In this document: positions 1 to 14,114 of the stretch, piece by piece
Position numbering within the stretch: position 1 is the first letter of the stretch
How the letters are laid out: each line of letters begins with the position of its first letter
Assembly: GCA_038213805.1 (NCBI GenBank)
Contig: JBBQSO010000002.1
Span: 74,361-138,360, forward strand
Reading direction: 5' to 3'
Length of the DNA: 64,000 nt
Origin: Planctomycetota bacterium
Lineage (GTDB): Bacteria; Planctomycetota; UBA11346
Notes under the pieces: generated by a model
The model's input: the letters and a program-made list of their open reading frames with translations, nothing else
The model's database searches: none
Told to the model about the DNA's origin: nothing
Position numbers and translations under genes: made by a program

Positions 1-768
1 GGCGCCAGCGCGGCGGTGCACAGCTTCGCGTCCGCGCCACTCAAGCTGCTGGTGCCACGCCCACGCGGGCCGGCGGTGTGGGCCTACGCCGCCAGCTTCG
101 GCGGCGGCCTGCTCGCCGGCGACCGTCTCGCGGTGGAGGTCGCCGTTGGGCCAGGGGCCAGCGCCCTGCTCGGCACCCAGGCCTCAACCAAGATCTACCG
201 CGCGGATGGTCGCGGCCCGGCGCACCAGCGGCTGACCGCGCAGGTCGCGCAGGGTGGTGTCCTGGCGCTGCTGCCGGATCCGGTGGTGGCCTTCGCTGGC
301 GCATCCTATGAGCAGCATCAGGAGGTCGCGCTCGACCCCGGCGCCAGCCTGCTGCTGCTCGACTGGTACACCAGCGGTCGCAGCGCGCGCGATGAGCGCT
401 GGGCCTTCACCTCCTTCCATAGCCGCAACCGCGTGCATGTGGGTGGTGCGCTGCTGGTCGACGATGCGCTGCACCTCGCGGCCGGCGCGACCCTGGCGCG
501 GCGCATGGGCCGCTTCCACTGCTTGGCGACCGTGTTGCTGCTCGGACCGCGCTGCGCGGCGGCGGCGCAGGCGCTGCTCGCCGTGCTGGCGCTGCAACCC
601 GTGAGCAAAGACGCGGACCTGCTCGAGAGCGCCAGCCCGCTTGGCGACGGGGCGATCCTGCGCCTGGCCGGAACCACCCACCAGGCGGTCGAGATGCGCG
701 TGCGCGAACGGCTGGCCGCGCTCGCCACCGATCTGCTCGGCGACGATCCCTGGTCACGCAAGTCCTGA
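1..768 (+). CDS. ureD: Urease accessory protein UreD (5' end lies outside the window)
   Basis: [17 protein letters not shown] and [15 protein letters not shown] motifs; directly upstream of the urease structural genes; frame is open from the window edge. Confidence 0.9.
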   Translation, partial: GASAAVHSFASAPLKLLVPRPRGPAVWAYAASFGGGLLAGDRLAVEVAVGPGASALLGTQASTKIYRADGRGPAHQRLTAQVAQGGVLALLPDPVVAFAGASYEQHQEVALDPGASLLLLDWYTSGRSARDERWAFTSFHSRNRVHVGGALLVDDALHLAAGATLARRMGRFHCLATVLLLGPRCAAAAQALLAVLALQPVSKDADLLESASPLGDGAILRLAGTTHQAVEMRVRERLAALATDLLGDDPWSRKS

Positions 769-793
769 AGCCCACGCACCGAGCGGAGCACCC

Positions 794-1594
794 ATGCACC
801 TGTCCCCCCGTGAACTCGACAAGCTCGTCCTGCACCAGGTCGGCGCCCTCGCCCAGAAGCGCCTGGCGCGCGGCCTGCGCCTCAACCAGCCCGAGGCCGT
901 CGGCCTGATCGCCACGGTGGTGCTGGAACTGATCCGCGATGGCGACCGCAGCGTCGCCGCACTGATGGCGGTCGGGCAAACCCTGCTCGGCCGCCGCCAG
1001 GTATTGCCCGGCGTCCCCGAAATGGTCGCTGAGGTCCAGGTCGAAGGCACCTTCCGCGACGGCACCAAGCTGGTCACCGTCCACCACCCCATCGCCGCCG
1101 AGCACGGCGATCTCAGCTTGGCGCTGTACGGCAGCTTCCTTCCGGTTCCGACGGTCGCCAGCTTTGCTGGCGACCGTCCGGAGGTCCGGAAGTCCGGAAG
1201 TCCGGAAGTCGACGGCCTGGAACCGGGCGCGGTGATGGTCGAGGAGGGCGAGATCGTGTTGAACGCGGGGCGCGCGACGATCGCGCTGAGCGTCACCAAC
1301 CTCGCCGACCGGCCGATCCAGGTCGGCAGCCACTACCACTTCATCGAGACCAATCCTTACCTGCGCTTCGACCGCGCCAAGGCCTACGGCAAGCGCCTCG
1401 ACATCGCCGCCGGCACCGCCGTGCGCTTTGAACCCGGCGAGAGCAAGACCGTGCAGCTGGTCGACATCGCCGGCGCACGCGTCATCCGCGGCGGCAACGC
1501 CCTGGTCGACGGCCCCGCTACGCCGGCGCGTCTGGCGGAGGTGATGGCGCGGGTGCAGGAGCGGGGCTTCGCGCACCTGGCGGAACCCGGCTGA
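794..1594 (+). CDS. ureAB: Urease gamma-beta fusion subunit
   Basis: ATG 794 after GGAG; gamma motifs ([32 protein letters not shown]) followed by beta motifs ([31 protein letters not shown]). Confidence 0.95.
   Translation: MHLSPRELDKLVLHQVGALAQKRLARGLRLNQPEAVGLIATVVLELIRDGDRSVAALMAVGQTLLGRRQVLPGVPEMVAEVQVEGTFRDGTKLVTVHHPIAAEHGDLSLALYGSFLPVPTVASFAGDRPEVRKSGSPEVDGLEPGAVMVEEGEIVLNAGRATIALSVTNLADRPIQVGSHYHFIETNPYLRFDRAKAYGKRLDIAAGTAVRFEPGESKTVQLVDIAGARVIRGGNALVDGPATPARLAEVMARVQERGFAHLAEPG
1176..1210 (+). repeat. GTCCGGAA octamer array (~4.4 units) inside the ureAB linker
   Basis: gtccggag gtccggaa gtccggaa gtccggaa gtc; encodes [11 protein letters not shown]. Confidence 0.95.
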
Positions 1595-1605
1595 TACCGC
1601 GCTCT

Positions 1606-1661
1606 CCCGCTTCTCGCTTCTCGCTACTCGTGACTCGTGACTCGCTACTCGTGACTCGAAA
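1606..1661. repeat. Heptamer array (CTCGNNN x8) between ureAB and ureC
   Basis: cccgctt ctcgctt ctcgcta ctcgtga ctcgtga ctcgcta ctcgtga ctcgaaa. Confidence 0.9.
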
Positions 1662-1682
1662 TTCCACCCGGACCCGACCCCC

Positions 1683-3398
<1,716 letters not shown>

Positions 3399-3401
3399 AC
3401 C

Positions 3402-3429
3402 TCCGATGTCCGACGTCCGACGTCCAAGG
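3402..3429. repeat. Heptamer array (TCCGACG-like) at the ureC-ureF junction
   Basis: tccgatg tccgacg tccgacg tccaagg; more degenerate copies at 3493-3520. Confidence 0.8.
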
Positions 3430-4185
3430 TCTCCCGGAGAGTCCACCGCAAGCACGGGCGACGTCGCGTCCCAGGACAGCGGACTGCGCGTGCCGGATGT
3501 CCGACCCACCACCTCCGACATCGAAGCCGGATTCCTTTACCTGCAGCTCGCCGACTCCGCCTTCCCGACCGGCGGCTTCGCGCATTCGGCGGGCCTGGAG
3601 GCGGCGTGGCAGCTCGGCGAGGTGCGCGGGCAGGACGCGCTCGCGGCGTGGCTGGCGGACGCGCTCGCGCAGCATGGCGAGGCGGTACTCCCCTTCGCGG
3701 CGGCGGCGCACGACGGCGTGCTGCCCTACGCAGACATCGACCGGCGCTGCGACGCCACCATCACCAACCACATCGCCAACCGCGCCAGCCGCGCGCTCGG
3801 CCATGGCCTGCTCGCCGCGGCGGTCGCGGCCTTCCCGGTCCCGGCCGTGGCGGAGCTGCGGACCACGGTGCGCGCCGCCCGCCTGCCCGGGCACCTCGCT
3901 CCGCTGGGGGGCGCGGTCGGGGCCGCGCTCGGCCTGAGCCGCGACGCCACCCTGCGCCTGCTGCTCTTCCAGCATCTGCGCGGACTGGTCTCGAGCGCGG
4001 TCCGCCTGGCCATCATCGGCCCGCTCGCCGGCCAGCGGCTGCAACACCGCATGGCCGGCAACGCCGCCGCGGTGCTGGTGGCCAGCGCTGGGCGCGGGAT
4101 CGATGACGTCGCCACCAGCGCGCCGCTCCACGATCTCTGCCACGGCCATCACGACCGCCTCTATTCCCGGTTGTTCTCGAGCTGA
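3406..4185 (+). CDS. ureF: Urease accessory protein UreF (start uncertain; GTG 3490 is an alternative)
   Basis: LQLADSAFPTGGFAHSAGLE; C-terminal HDRLYSRLFSS. Confidence 0.93.
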   Translation: MSDVRRPRSPGESTASTGDVASQDSGLRVPDVRPTTSDIEAGFLYLQLADSAFPTGGFAHSAGLEAAWQLGEVRGQDALAAWLADALAQHGEAVLPFAAAAHDGVLPYADIDRRCDATITNHIANRASRALGHGLLAAAVAAFPVPAVAELRTTVRAARLPGHLAPLGGAVGAALGLSRDATLRLLLFQHLRGLVSSAVRLAIIGPLAGQRLQHRMAGNAAAVLVASAGRGIDDVATSAPLHDLCHGHHDRLYSRLFSS

Positions 4186-4298
4186 CGTGCGCCGCGCTTC
4201 CGCCTGCCATTGCAATGAATGCTCTGCCCGGATGATCCGCGCCATCCCGCGTCCGCCGCGTCCGCTTCGCCCATCCCTGCCGCCGGAGAGCCCAGCCG

Positions 4299-5489
4299 AT
4301 GCTCCTGTACGACCGCGTCAGCCCACGCCTGTCGTCGCTGCTCGACCTGGCGCGCTGGAGTGCGGCCTGGCTGGTGCTGGTCAGCCACGTGCGCAGCCTG
4401 CTGTTCCAGGACTGGTCGGTGCTGCCGCCCGCGGGCCGCGGCCCGCTCACCGCGGCCTTCTACCTGCTCACCGGCCTTGGCCACCAGGCGGTGATGGTGT
4501 TCTTCGTGCTCAGCGGCTTCCTGGTCGGCGGCTCGGTGCTGAACGACCTGCGCCGCGAGCGCTTCTCGCTGGCGCGCTACGCCATCAACCGCGTGTCGCG
4601 GCTGTACGTGGTGCTGCTGCCGGCGCTGGCCCTTGGCTGGCTGATCGACAGCGCCGGCAGCACGTGGTTCGCGGCCGAGGGCATCTACAGCGGGCATTGG
4701 CCGCAGCCGCTCGCGGCGCTGCAGTACTCCGTGGTCGAACGTCTCCAGCCGCTGACCGCCTTGGCCAGTGCGGCCAATCTGCAGACCATCGTCGCGCCGC
4801 CGCTCGGCAGCAATGGCCCGCTGTGGAGCCTGGCCAACGAGTTCTGGTACTATGTGCTCTTCCCGCTGCTGACCCTGCCGCTGTTCCTGCGCGGCCACAT
4901 GCTCGCCAGCGGCGCCTGTCTGGTAGTGGCCGCTGCGGTGGCGTGGCTGACCCATCCCGAGATTCTCGCCTTCGGTGCCGTGTGGCTGCTGGGCGTACTG
5001 GTGCGGCTGTGTCCGTGGCGCTTGCCGGCGCCGTTGTGGCTGGGCGGTGGCGTGGTGGTGCTGGCCGCGCTGACCAGTTCACGCCTCGCGCACCTCGACC
5101 TGGGCCGCTGGGTCGGCTTCGCCAACGACGTGGTGCTGAGCCTGATCTTCACCGTGTTCCTGCTCAGCGCGATGTCCGACCGCGGCAGCGCACCGTTGCC
5201 TGGGCAGCGGCTGTCCGCGGCGCTGGCGAACTGCTCGTACAGCCTCTACCTGCTGCACTTCCCCATGCTGCTGCTGCTCTGCACCGCGGTACAGCACGCC
5301 TGGGGATGCGGCCTGTCGCAGCCGCCCGGCGTCACCACCTTCGCGCTCTTCGCCGGCCTGACTGCGCTGCTGAGCGCCTACGCCTTCGGCGTCGCCCAGC
5401 TCACCGAGCGGCACACCAACGCCATCCGCGACGCACTGCAGCGCCTGCTGCTGCGCCAGCCGCGTCCGGCCGCGCCCCCGGCTACCTGA
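4299..5489 (+). CDS. Acyltransferase family 3 (OafA/YrhL-like) membrane O-acyltransferase
   Basis: LDLAR...[21 protein letters not shown] and SYSLYLLH motifs; about 10 hydrophobic segments. Confidence 0.9.
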   Translation: MLLYDRVSPRLSSLLDLARWSAAWLVLVSHVRSLLFQDWSVLPPAGRGPLTAAFYLLTGLGHQAVMVFFVLSGFLVGGSVLNDLRRERFSLARYAINRVSRLYVVLLPALALGWLIDSAGSTWFAAEGIYSGHWPQPLAALQYSVVERLQPLTALASAANLQTIVAPPLGSNGPLWSLANEFWYYVLFPLLTLPLFLRGHMLASGACLVVAAAVAWLTHPEILAFGAVWLLGVLVRLCPWRLPAPLWLGGGVVVLAALTSSRLAHLDLGRWVGFANDVVLSLIFTVFLLSAMSDRGSAPLPGQRLSAALANCSYSLYLLHFPMLLLLCTAVQHAWGCGLSQPPGVTTFALFAGLTALLSAYAFGVAQLTERHTNAIRDALQRLLLRQPRPAAPPAT

Positions 5490-5517
5490 TCCCGACCGCC
5501 CGCCGCCAGGACCCGCC

Positions 5518-6267
5518 ATGATGACCACCCCCAGCTCCGACCACGACCACGGCCACGGCCACCACCACGGCCCTGGCGGCCACACCCATGAGCATCTGGA
5601 CCACGCCGGCCGCTTCCACGAACGTGAACAGCCGCTGGCGCGCGATTTCAGCGAGCGCGCCTTCACCGTCGGCATCGGCGGCCCGGTCGGCAGCGGCAAG
5701 ACCGCGCTGATGCTGCAGCTGTGCCGGCGCCTGCGCACGACCATGAACATCGCTGCGGTGACCAACGACATCTTCACCAAGGAGGACGGCGAGTTCCTGA
5801 TCCGCAACGAGGCCCTCGAAGCCGGCCGCATCCGCGCCGTCGAGACCGGCGGCTGCCCGCACGCCGCGATCCGCGAGGACATCACCGCCAACCTGATGGC
5901 GCTCGAGGAGCTGCATGGCCTTTATCAGCCGCAGCTGCTGCTCATCGAGTCGGGCGGCGACAACCTCGCCGCAAACTACAGCCGCGAGCTGGCCGACTAC
6001 ATCATCTACGTCATCGACGTCGCCGGCGGCGACAAGGTGCCGCGCAAAGGCGGGCCCGGCATCACCCAGTCCGACCTCTTCATCATCAATAAGACCGACC
6101 TCGCCACCGCCGTCGGAGCCGATCTCGCCGTCATGGAGCGCGATACCGTGAAGATGCGCGGCGGCGGACCCTACGTCTTCGCCCAGGTCAAGCAGGGCGT
6201 GGGCGTCGAGGACATCGTGGACCATATCGTGCATGCGTGGCAGCATGCGACGGGGATCGCGCATTGA
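5518..6267 (+). CDS. ureG: Urease accessory GTPase UreG with His-rich N-terminus
   Basis: [10 protein letters not shown]-loop, ETGGCPH, ESGGDNL, NKTD; N-terminal [10 protein letters not shown]...HTHEH. Confidence 0.97.
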   Translation: MMTTPSSDHDHGHGHHHGPGGHTHEHLDHAGRFHEREQPLARDFSERAFTVGIGGPVGSGKTALMLQLCRRLRTTMNIAAVTNDIFTKEDGEFLIRNEALEAGRIRAVETGGCPHAAIREDITANLMALEELHGLYQPQLLLIESGGDNLAANYSRELADYIIYVIDVAGGDKVPRKGGPGITQSDLFIINKTDLATAVGADLAVMERDTVKMRGGGPYVFAQVKQGVGVEDIVDHIVHAWQHATGIAH

Positions 6268-6310
6268 GTCGCAGGGGCGCGACCGACAGGAAGCGGGAGA
6301 AGACCAGAGA

Positions 6311-6474
6311 CGCGGAGACGCGGAGATCGGATGAGGTCGAAGGGGCTGGGGCCGCCATGCGACCAGCGCTGCGGCTGCTCCGCCAGGGCGAAGGCTCGCG
6401 ACGTTGTGCGCGAGGGGTCACGCGCGCCTCCAGCCGCTCCCCGGCCGTCCTCCTCCGATCTCCGCGCCTCCGCG
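6311..6474. repeat. 26-bp inverted repeat pair built from CGCGGAGA octamers, between convergent genes
   Basis: 6311-6336 cgcggagacgcggagatcggatgagg is the reverse complement of 6449-6474 at 24/26 positions. Confidence 0.85.
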
Positions 6475-6507
6475 CCGCCTGTTCGCTCAGAGCAACCGCG
6501 GCGATCG

Positions 6508-7293
6508 TTATTTCTTCTTCGCCACCGGATGCGTCGTCGGCAGGTTCTTGACGATCTCGGTCGCCTCGGGCGTGGTCGCGGGGTGGCCCCAGCCGCTCGG
6601 GCTCTTGCCGTCGGCGAAGTCGATGACCAGGTTGTCGTCGCCGGTCGGGCTGACGCCGCCGGGGATGTGGTCGAGGCCGAGCGCGTGGCGCAGCTTCCAG
6701 GCGATGATGTGATCGGCGACCGAGCTGTCTCCGGACAGGCCCAGGCCGCCGAGCAGGACGCCGCCATCGGCGTAGAGCGCGAGGCCGCCGCCGAAGACGT
6801 TCACGCCGCCGATGCGCTCGCCGATCATCGGGTCGTCCTTGGTGCCGAAGTACTTGGCCTTGCCCTTGTAAGCGACCTCGGGGTCGACCGGGTTGGAGGC
6901 CTGCAGGCCGAACAGGCTGCCGCCGGGCTGGGTGGCGGCGTAGAGCTGGCCGGTGCCGAGCGCCAAGCCGGGCAGGCTGAAGGCGTTGGCAGTGTTGGCC
7001 TTCTGCGCCGCGATCACCCGGCTGCCCGGCCACTGGTCGCCGCGGTCGGCGCCGGTAAAGGTCACCACGCGCACCACCGCGTCGCGGTCGACCAGGGTCG
7101 CCCACATGTTCAGGCCGAAGCCGCCATTCTTCTCCTTGATCACCAGTTGCAGGGCCGAGCGCACCGTCGCGGCATCCGGCAGGTCGGCACTGGCCGCGTT
7201 CAGCGCTGGACCGCTGGCCAGGACGCCGGCACAGGCGATCAGCCAAGTGGCCAGGAACCGGGTGAATGAAGTGAACGGGGATGCGAGGGACAT
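6508..7293 (-). CDS. Exported GlcG/HbpS-family heme-binding protein
   Basis: Signal-peptide-like N-terminus; WATLVDRDA, IAAQKANTA, FGGGLALY and GGLGLSGD...DH motifs. Confidence 0.85.
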   Translation of the reverse strand: MSLASPFTSFTRFLATWLIACAGVLASGPALNAASADLPDAATVRSALQLVIKEKNGGFGLNMWATLVDRDAVVRVVTFTGADRGDQWPGSRVIAAQKANTANAFSLPGLALGTGQLYAATQPGGSLFGLQASNPVDPEVAYKGKAKYFGTKDDPMIGERIGGVNVFGGGLALYADGGVLLGGLGLSGDSSVADHIIAWKLRHALGLDHIPGGVSPTGDDNLVIDFADGKSPSGWGHPATTPEATEIVKNLPTTHPVAKKK

Positions 7294-7625
7294 GGAAGGC
7301 CTCCTTGGCCGGTGGTGTTCTGGATGACTGGCGCAACCTATGGGGGTCTAGAACGGCGGAACGCTGGTTGATACCGGCGTCGACGCGTGCCGGGCGACCC
7401 ACGACAAGCCCGACCCTGGACAAGCCGCCATCGGTTGCAAGTCCGTGTCCGCTCTGGTGTGGAGCCCTGGCGCACCTCCCGAATACTCCGGCGCGGTGGA
7501 ACAAACCGGCAGCCGCCGACCTCTGCGCCCATGCCCAGCCCCGCATTGACGCCGCAAGCCCACGTGCTGGAATGACCTACGCAGACGCACGCGAGGCCGC
7601 GCCGGTGCCTCGCAGGAGCCAGGGG

Positions 7626-9452
7626 ATGTTCCGTTCCGCCATCGTAGATCCGCCCGGTCCCCACGCCGAGCCGCAATTGGCGACGCGCCTGGCATCCATC
7701 ACCAAGGGGGGCGCGGACGGCACGCGTCGCAACCCGTTGTCCGCCTACCTCCACCTGGTCGAGGGCAAGGCTCGCCTGATCCCCGGGGTGTGGCTGCTGC
7801 AGAACCTGCGCAACGCGCCGACCTACCTCTTCCCGCTGCTCATCAAACACATCTACGACATGCTCAAGGACGCGCCGGAGCGCGTCATGGGCGAACTCGG
7901 CTGGGTGCTCGCCGCGTCGTTCCTGATGTGCGTGCTGAACGTGATGGCCACCGTGGGGCAGACGCGGCTGCGCTCGTGCCAGCGCCGCCGCCTGACCGCG
8001 AACCTGCGCACCTCGCTGGTGCGCCGGCTCAACAAGCTGACCTTCATCTTCCACGACCGCTCGCAGGCGGGCATGCTGCAGAACAAGTTCGTGCTCGACA
8101 TCAACCGCCTTGAGGAGATCGAGAGCTACCTCGCCGAGAACGTGCTGATGCAGGGCACCTCGATCCTGATCATGCTGGTGATCGTGTGGCACATCAACCC
8201 GTGGTTCCTGCTCGTGCTCGGTCTGATCGTGCCGACCAACCTGATCATGGCCAAGCTGCTGTGGCCGCCGATGCGCAAGCGCAGCGAGGAGTTCCGCGTT
8301 GCCGAGTCGGGCTTCATGGCCTCGCTGACCGAGGCCCTGCACGCGGTGCGGCTGACGCGCGCGCACGCGGTCGAGGAGTTCGCCGAGCAGCGGCTGAGCG
8401 GCGCCGCGCACACCGTCGCCGAGACCGGCATCCGCGTCGATCTCACGCACGCTTTCTTCGGCTCCACCGGCTGGGCGGTGGGCTCGATCCTCAACATGCT
8501 GGTGGTGGCGGTCGGCGCGTGGCTGTGCGTGCGCGACCAGATCGGCTTCGGCGACCTGTTCGTGTTCTTCACCTACTACCAGATGATCGCCGGCAGCATG
8601 AGCGGCATCGTCAACGGCATCCCGGCGATCGCCTCGGCGAGCGATGCGATCTCCTCCCTGGCCGAGCTCTACGACACCGAGAGCGAGGAGCGCAACAGCG
8701 GCAAGCCGGAACTGCCGGCAGTACGCGGCGAGGTCACGCTGCGCGGCGTCTCCTTCACCTACCCGGGCAGCAACCGGCACAGCGTGCGCGACGTCACCAT
8801 CGACATCCCCCAGGGCACCTCGCTGGCGCTGGTCGGTCCGTCCGGCTCGGGCAAGAGCACCATCGCCAGCCTGGTGCTCGGGCTCTATGAACCGCAGCAA
8901 GGCGCGGTGCTGATCGACGGGCACGACCTGCGCGCGGTCGACCGCCGCAGCATCCGCCGCCACGTCGGCGTGGTCAGCCAGGACGTGGTGCTGTTCCACG
9001 ACACCATCGCCGGCAACATCAGCTGGGGCGACGCCAATCCCGACGCCGCGCGCGTGCGCGAGGCCGCGCGACGCGCCAACGCCGAAGCCTTCATCACCGC
9101 CATGGCGCAGGGCTACGACACCGTGCTCGGCGACCGCGGCCTGGGCCTGTCCGGCGGCCAGCGCCAGCGCCTGGCGATCGCGCGCGCCCTCTACCGCGAC
9201 CCCAAGCTGCTCATCCTCGACGAGGCGACCAGCGCCCTCGACCCCGAGAGCGAGCGTTTGGTACAGCTCGCCCTCGACGAGCTGATGAAGGGCCGCACCA
9301 CCCTGATCATCGCCCACCGCCTGTCAACGGTGCGCGGCGCCAACCGCATCGTCGTGCTCGAAGAGGGCCAGGTGAGCGAGACCGGTACCTTCGCCGAGCT
9401 GATGGAGCAGAGGCGCGCGTTCTTCAAGCTGGCGAACGGGCAGCTGATCTAG
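7626..9452 (+). CDS. ABC transporter, fused permease/ATP-binding protein (MsbA/MdlB-like exporter)
   Basis: TM domain plus Walker A GPSGSGKST, LSGGQRQR, LILDEATSALD and IAHRL; start chosen after AGGAG (ATG 7572 is an alternative). Confidence 0.9.
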   Translation: MFRSAIVDPPGPHAEPQLATRLASITKGGADGTRRNPLSAYLHLVEGKARLIPGVWLLQNLRNAPTYLFPLLIKHIYDMLKDAPERVMGELGWVLAASFLMCVLNVMATVGQTRLRSCQRRRLTANLRTSLVRRLNKLTFIFHDRSQAGMLQNKFVLDINRLEEIESYLAENVLMQGTSILIMLVIVWHINPWFLLVLGLIVPTNLIMAKLLWPPMRKRSEEFRVAESGFMASLTEALHAVRLTRAHAVEEFAEQRLSGAAHTVAETGIRVDLTHAFFGSTGWAVGSILNMLVVAVGAWLCVRDQIGFGDLFVFFTYYQMIAGSMSGIVNGIPAIASASDAISSLAELYDTESEERNSGKPELPAVRGEVTLRGVSFTYPGSNRHSVRDVTIDIPQGTSLALVGPSGSGKSTIASLVLGLYEPQQGAVLIDGHDLRAVDRRSIRRHVGVVSQDVVLFHDTIAGNISWGDANPDAARVREAARRANAEAFITAMAQGYDTVLGDRGLGLSGGQRQRLAIARALYRDPKLLILDEATSALDPESERLVQLALDELMKGRTTLIIAHRLSTVRGANRIVVLEEGQVSETGTFAELMEQRRAFFKLANGQLI

Positions 9453-9822
9453 AGAGAGAGAGAGTCCGGAAGTCCGGAAGTCGGAGGCGACCGCAGCGAG
9501 GTGCAGAGTTCGGTTCGAGGATGGAATGCCCATATCCGATTCCGGGTCGGAATTAGGGATAGGGATATGCCAATCCGACTCCGCTGTTCGCCCCAGCGTC
9601 GCAATCCCATTCCGCGCCGAACGGGCATTCCCCCTGGAAAGCGGCGTCGGTGACCTAGCATGCCGGCGGCATCGCCACGGTACGAAAGTGCCCATGCCGA
9701 CCTCAATCGCCGCTCAGACACGCCATGCATGCGCAGTCACAAATGTGTCGAATCCGCTTCAGGGCCCTTCCCCGACCCCGGCCACCGCGACTTCCGGACT
9801 GCCGGACCCCGGACTTCCGGAC
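9451..9822. repeat. Inverted pair of GTCCGGAA arrays (9464-9486 and 9785-9822), preceded by (AG)7
   Basis: agagagagagagagtccggaagtccggaagtcggag ... ccgcgacttccggactgccggaccccggacttccggac. Confidence 0.85.
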
Positions 9823-9883
9823 TGCTCTTCAACGTTGACTACGGCCGTCTGTTCATATTAACACAGCCCACTCCGGAGCCGCC

Positions 9884-10879
9884 ATGCCCATCCGCCTTTG
9901 CGCCCTGCTGATGCTTTCATGGTTCGCCGCCGGCCTCCACGCCGCTGACGCCAAGCCGCTGACCATCGCGGTCATCCCCAAAGGCACCACCCACGAGTTC
10001 TGGAAGACCATCCACGCGGGCGCGGTCAAGGCGCAGCGCGAGCTGGCCGCCGCCGGCCAGCCGGTGAAGATCATCTGGAAGGGTCCGCTCAAAGAGGACG
10101 ACCGCACCGCGCAGATCGACGTCGTGCAGAACTTCCTCGCCCAAGGCGTCAGTGGCATCGTGCTCGCGCCGCTCGACAGCAAGGCCCTGGTCGCGCCGGT
10201 GAAGGATGCGATGGAGGCGGGCATCCCGACCGTGATCATCGATTCCGGCCTGAAGTACGACCAGGTCACCAGCTTCATCGCCACCGACAACTACGCTGGT
10301 GGCGCCAAGGCGGCGGAGCGCATGGGCGTGGTGCTCGCTGGCAAGGGCCGCGTGCTGGTCCTGCGCTACATGGTCGGCTCGGCGAGCACCGAGCAGCGCG
10401 AGGCGGGCTTCCTGGACACCATCGCCAAGAAGTTCCCGGACATCAAGATCGTCTCGAGCGACCAGTACGCCGGCGCCACCCGTGAGCAGGCCCAGACCGC
10501 AGCGCAGAATCTGCTCGCCGCGATGAAGGACAAGATCGACGCGGTGTTCACCTCGAACGAGTCGGCCTGCGCGGGCATGATCCAGGCGATCAAGTCCTTC
10601 AACCTCGACGGCAAGCTCAAGCACATCGGCTTCGACGCCAGCGAGCCGCTGATCAAGGCGCTCAAGGCCGGTGCAGTGCAGGGCCTGGTGGTGCAGGATC
10701 CGTTCAAGATGGGCTATCTGGGCGTGATGACGGTGGTCGCCAAGCTCCAGGGCAAGACGGTCGAGGCCAAGGTCGACACCCCGGTGCAGCTCGTCACCCC
10801 CGAGAACATCACCACGCCCGAGATCCAGGCGCTGATCTCGCCGCAGCTGACTGACTACATCGACGATGCCGGCAAGTGA
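9884..10879 (+). CDS. Sugar ABC transporter substrate-binding protein (RbsB-like)
   Basis: Signal peptide; IPKGTTHEFW, IATDNY, GFD and VQDPFKMGY motifs. Confidence 0.92.
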   Translation: MPIRLCALLMLSWFAAGLHAADAKPLTIAVIPKGTTHEFWKTIHAGAVKAQRELAAAGQPVKIIWKGPLKEDDRTAQIDVVQNFLAQGVSGIVLAPLDSKALVAPVKDAMEAGIPTVIIDSGLKYDQVTSFIATDNYAGGAKAAERMGVVLAGKGRVLVLRYMVGSASTEQREAGFLDTIAKKFPDIKIVSSDQYAGATREQAQTAAQNLLAAMKDKIDAVFTSNESACAGMIQAIKSFNLDGKLKHIGFDASEPLIKALKAGAVQGLVVQDPFKMGYLGVMTVVAKLQGKTVEAKVDTPVQLVTPENITTPEIQALISPQLTDYIDDAGK

Positions 10880-10912
10880 AGCGCGCGGACGGCGGACGGA
10901 GCGCATGCCACG

Positions 10913-12417
<1,505 letters not shown>

Positions 12418-12421
<4 letters not shown>

Positions 12422-13464
12422 TGTCAGTCCCGCAACCCGCCATGCTGGGCGGGAACACCAGACCGTCGCTGGCGCGCCTGCTCGCCGTGCTCGGCCCGCT
12501 GCTCGCCCTGCTGCTGCTGTGGGTCGGCTTCGGCGTCGCCGTCGCGCTCAACGCCGATGCCGACACCATCAACCGCTGGTCGTTCTTCGGCATCGCCAAC
12601 CAGAAGCTGATGCTCGAGCAGTCGGCGATCGTCATCGTCGCGGCCTGCGGCATGACCATGATCATCGTCTCGGGCGGCATCGACCTCAGCGCCGGCTCGG
12701 TGATCGCGCTGTCCAGCGTGGTCGCGGCGCTGGCGCTGCGCGCTGGCTGGGGCCCATGCGCGGCGGTGGGCGCGGCGATCGCCACCGGCGCGGTCGCCGG
12801 CGCGATCAACGGCGCGATCGTCAGCTGGGGGCGCCTGGTGCCCTTCATCGTCACCCTGGGCATGATGGGCGTGGCGCGGGGCCTGGCGAAAGGCTTCGCC
12901 GGCAACCAGTCGGTCAACTTCGAGGATGACCACCTCGCCGTCCTGATGCACACCCCGCGCAGCGGTCCGAACTCGTCACTGTTCGTGCAGGTGCTGGGCG
13001 TTGCGCCGGGCGTGTGGATCGCGCTCGGCCTGGTACTGCTCACCGCGCTGCTGATGTCGCGTACGGTGTTCGGCCGCTACATCTACGCGCTCGGCTCGAA
13101 CGAGGCGGCGGCGCGGCTGTGCGGCATCTCGGTGCAGCGCACCAAGTTCTTCATCTACGCACTTGCCGGCGCCGCCGTCGGCCTGGGCGGCGCGCTCGAG
13201 ACGGCACGACTGTCGGTCGGCGATCCGAGCACCGCGGCCGGGCGCGAGCTCGACGTGATCGCCGCGGTGGTGATCGGCGGCGCCTCGCTGGCGGGTGGCA
13301 CCGGTACGGTGTTCGGCGCGGCGATCGGCGCACTGATCACCGCCGTACTGCGCAGCGGCAGCCAGCAGATGGGCTGGCCCACCTACGTGCAGGAGATCAT
13401 CATCGGCCTGGTGATCGTGCTGGCGGTGGCGGTCGACCGCCTGCGGCAGCGCCGCCGCGATTGA
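12418..13464 (+). CDS. Sugar ABC transporter permease (RbsC-like)
   Basis: GGIDLSAGS, PFIVTLG, FGRYIYALGSNE and ELDVIAAVVIGGASL motifs. Confidence 0.93.
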
Positions 13465-13480
13465 TGGGACGGGCCGCCGC

Positions 13481-14005
13481 TCACCAACGCGCCGGCCAGC
13501 GCGTCGGCCGCACCAGATTGAGATAGACCAGCCCCACCAGCACGATCAGCAGCGCCCCGAGCGCGGCCGGCACGGCGACGAAGTCCCAGTGCGCGGCGGC
13601 GGTGACGGCGATGACCGGGTTCGAGCCGGCGGGCGGGTGGACGATGCGCAGCGCCATCATCGCCATGATCGCGGCGCCGGTGGCCAGGGCCACGCTCCAC
13701 CACGTTGGGCCGAAGAGTTGCACCGCAGCGACGCCGATAGCGGCCGCGACCACGTGACCGCCGATGACCGCGCGCGGTTGCGAGAAAGGCACATCCGGAA
13801 AGCCGAAGACCAGCACGCAACTGGCGCCGAGCGAACCGAGGATGCAGGGCAGGCCGGTACCGGCCGCCAGACCAGCGACCACAGCGAGAGCGAGCGCGCC
13901 GCCGAGGCCGGCGAGCAGGATCTGACGCGCTGGAAGGGCCGCAGGGCCCGCTGCTCCCGCGCCGCGCCATTTAGCCAGGTAGGAGCCGAGACGGGAATCT
14001 GCCAT
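13481..14005 (-). CDS. HPP family membrane protein
   Basis: GASCVLVFG..PFSQPR, IVHPPAG; GAGGT RBS before the ATG. Confidence 0.88.
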   Translation of the reverse strand: MADSRLGSYLAKWRGAGAAGPAALPARQILLAGLGGALALAVVAGLAAGTGLPCILGSLGASCVLVFGFPDVPFSQPRAVIGGHVVAAAIGVAAVQLFGPTWWSVALATGAAIMAMMALRIVHPPAGSNPVIAVTAAAHWDFVAVPAALGALLIVLVGLVYLNLVRPTRWPARW

Positions 14006-14114
14006 GGCGACCTCGCAGGAGCCGGGGATGGGAAGGAGGAATGCGACTGCGTCCGGCAACGACGCCGCGCCACGCCACCAGCGCGGTGGCGTGACGTGGT
14101 GACGTGCCCAGCGT

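Noticed and set aside
9829..9863. TCAACGTTGA palindrome and TTGACT as operator and promoter of the sugar ABC operon
   Set aside because: Plausible, but only 10 bp and without a properly spaced -10 box; too weak to call
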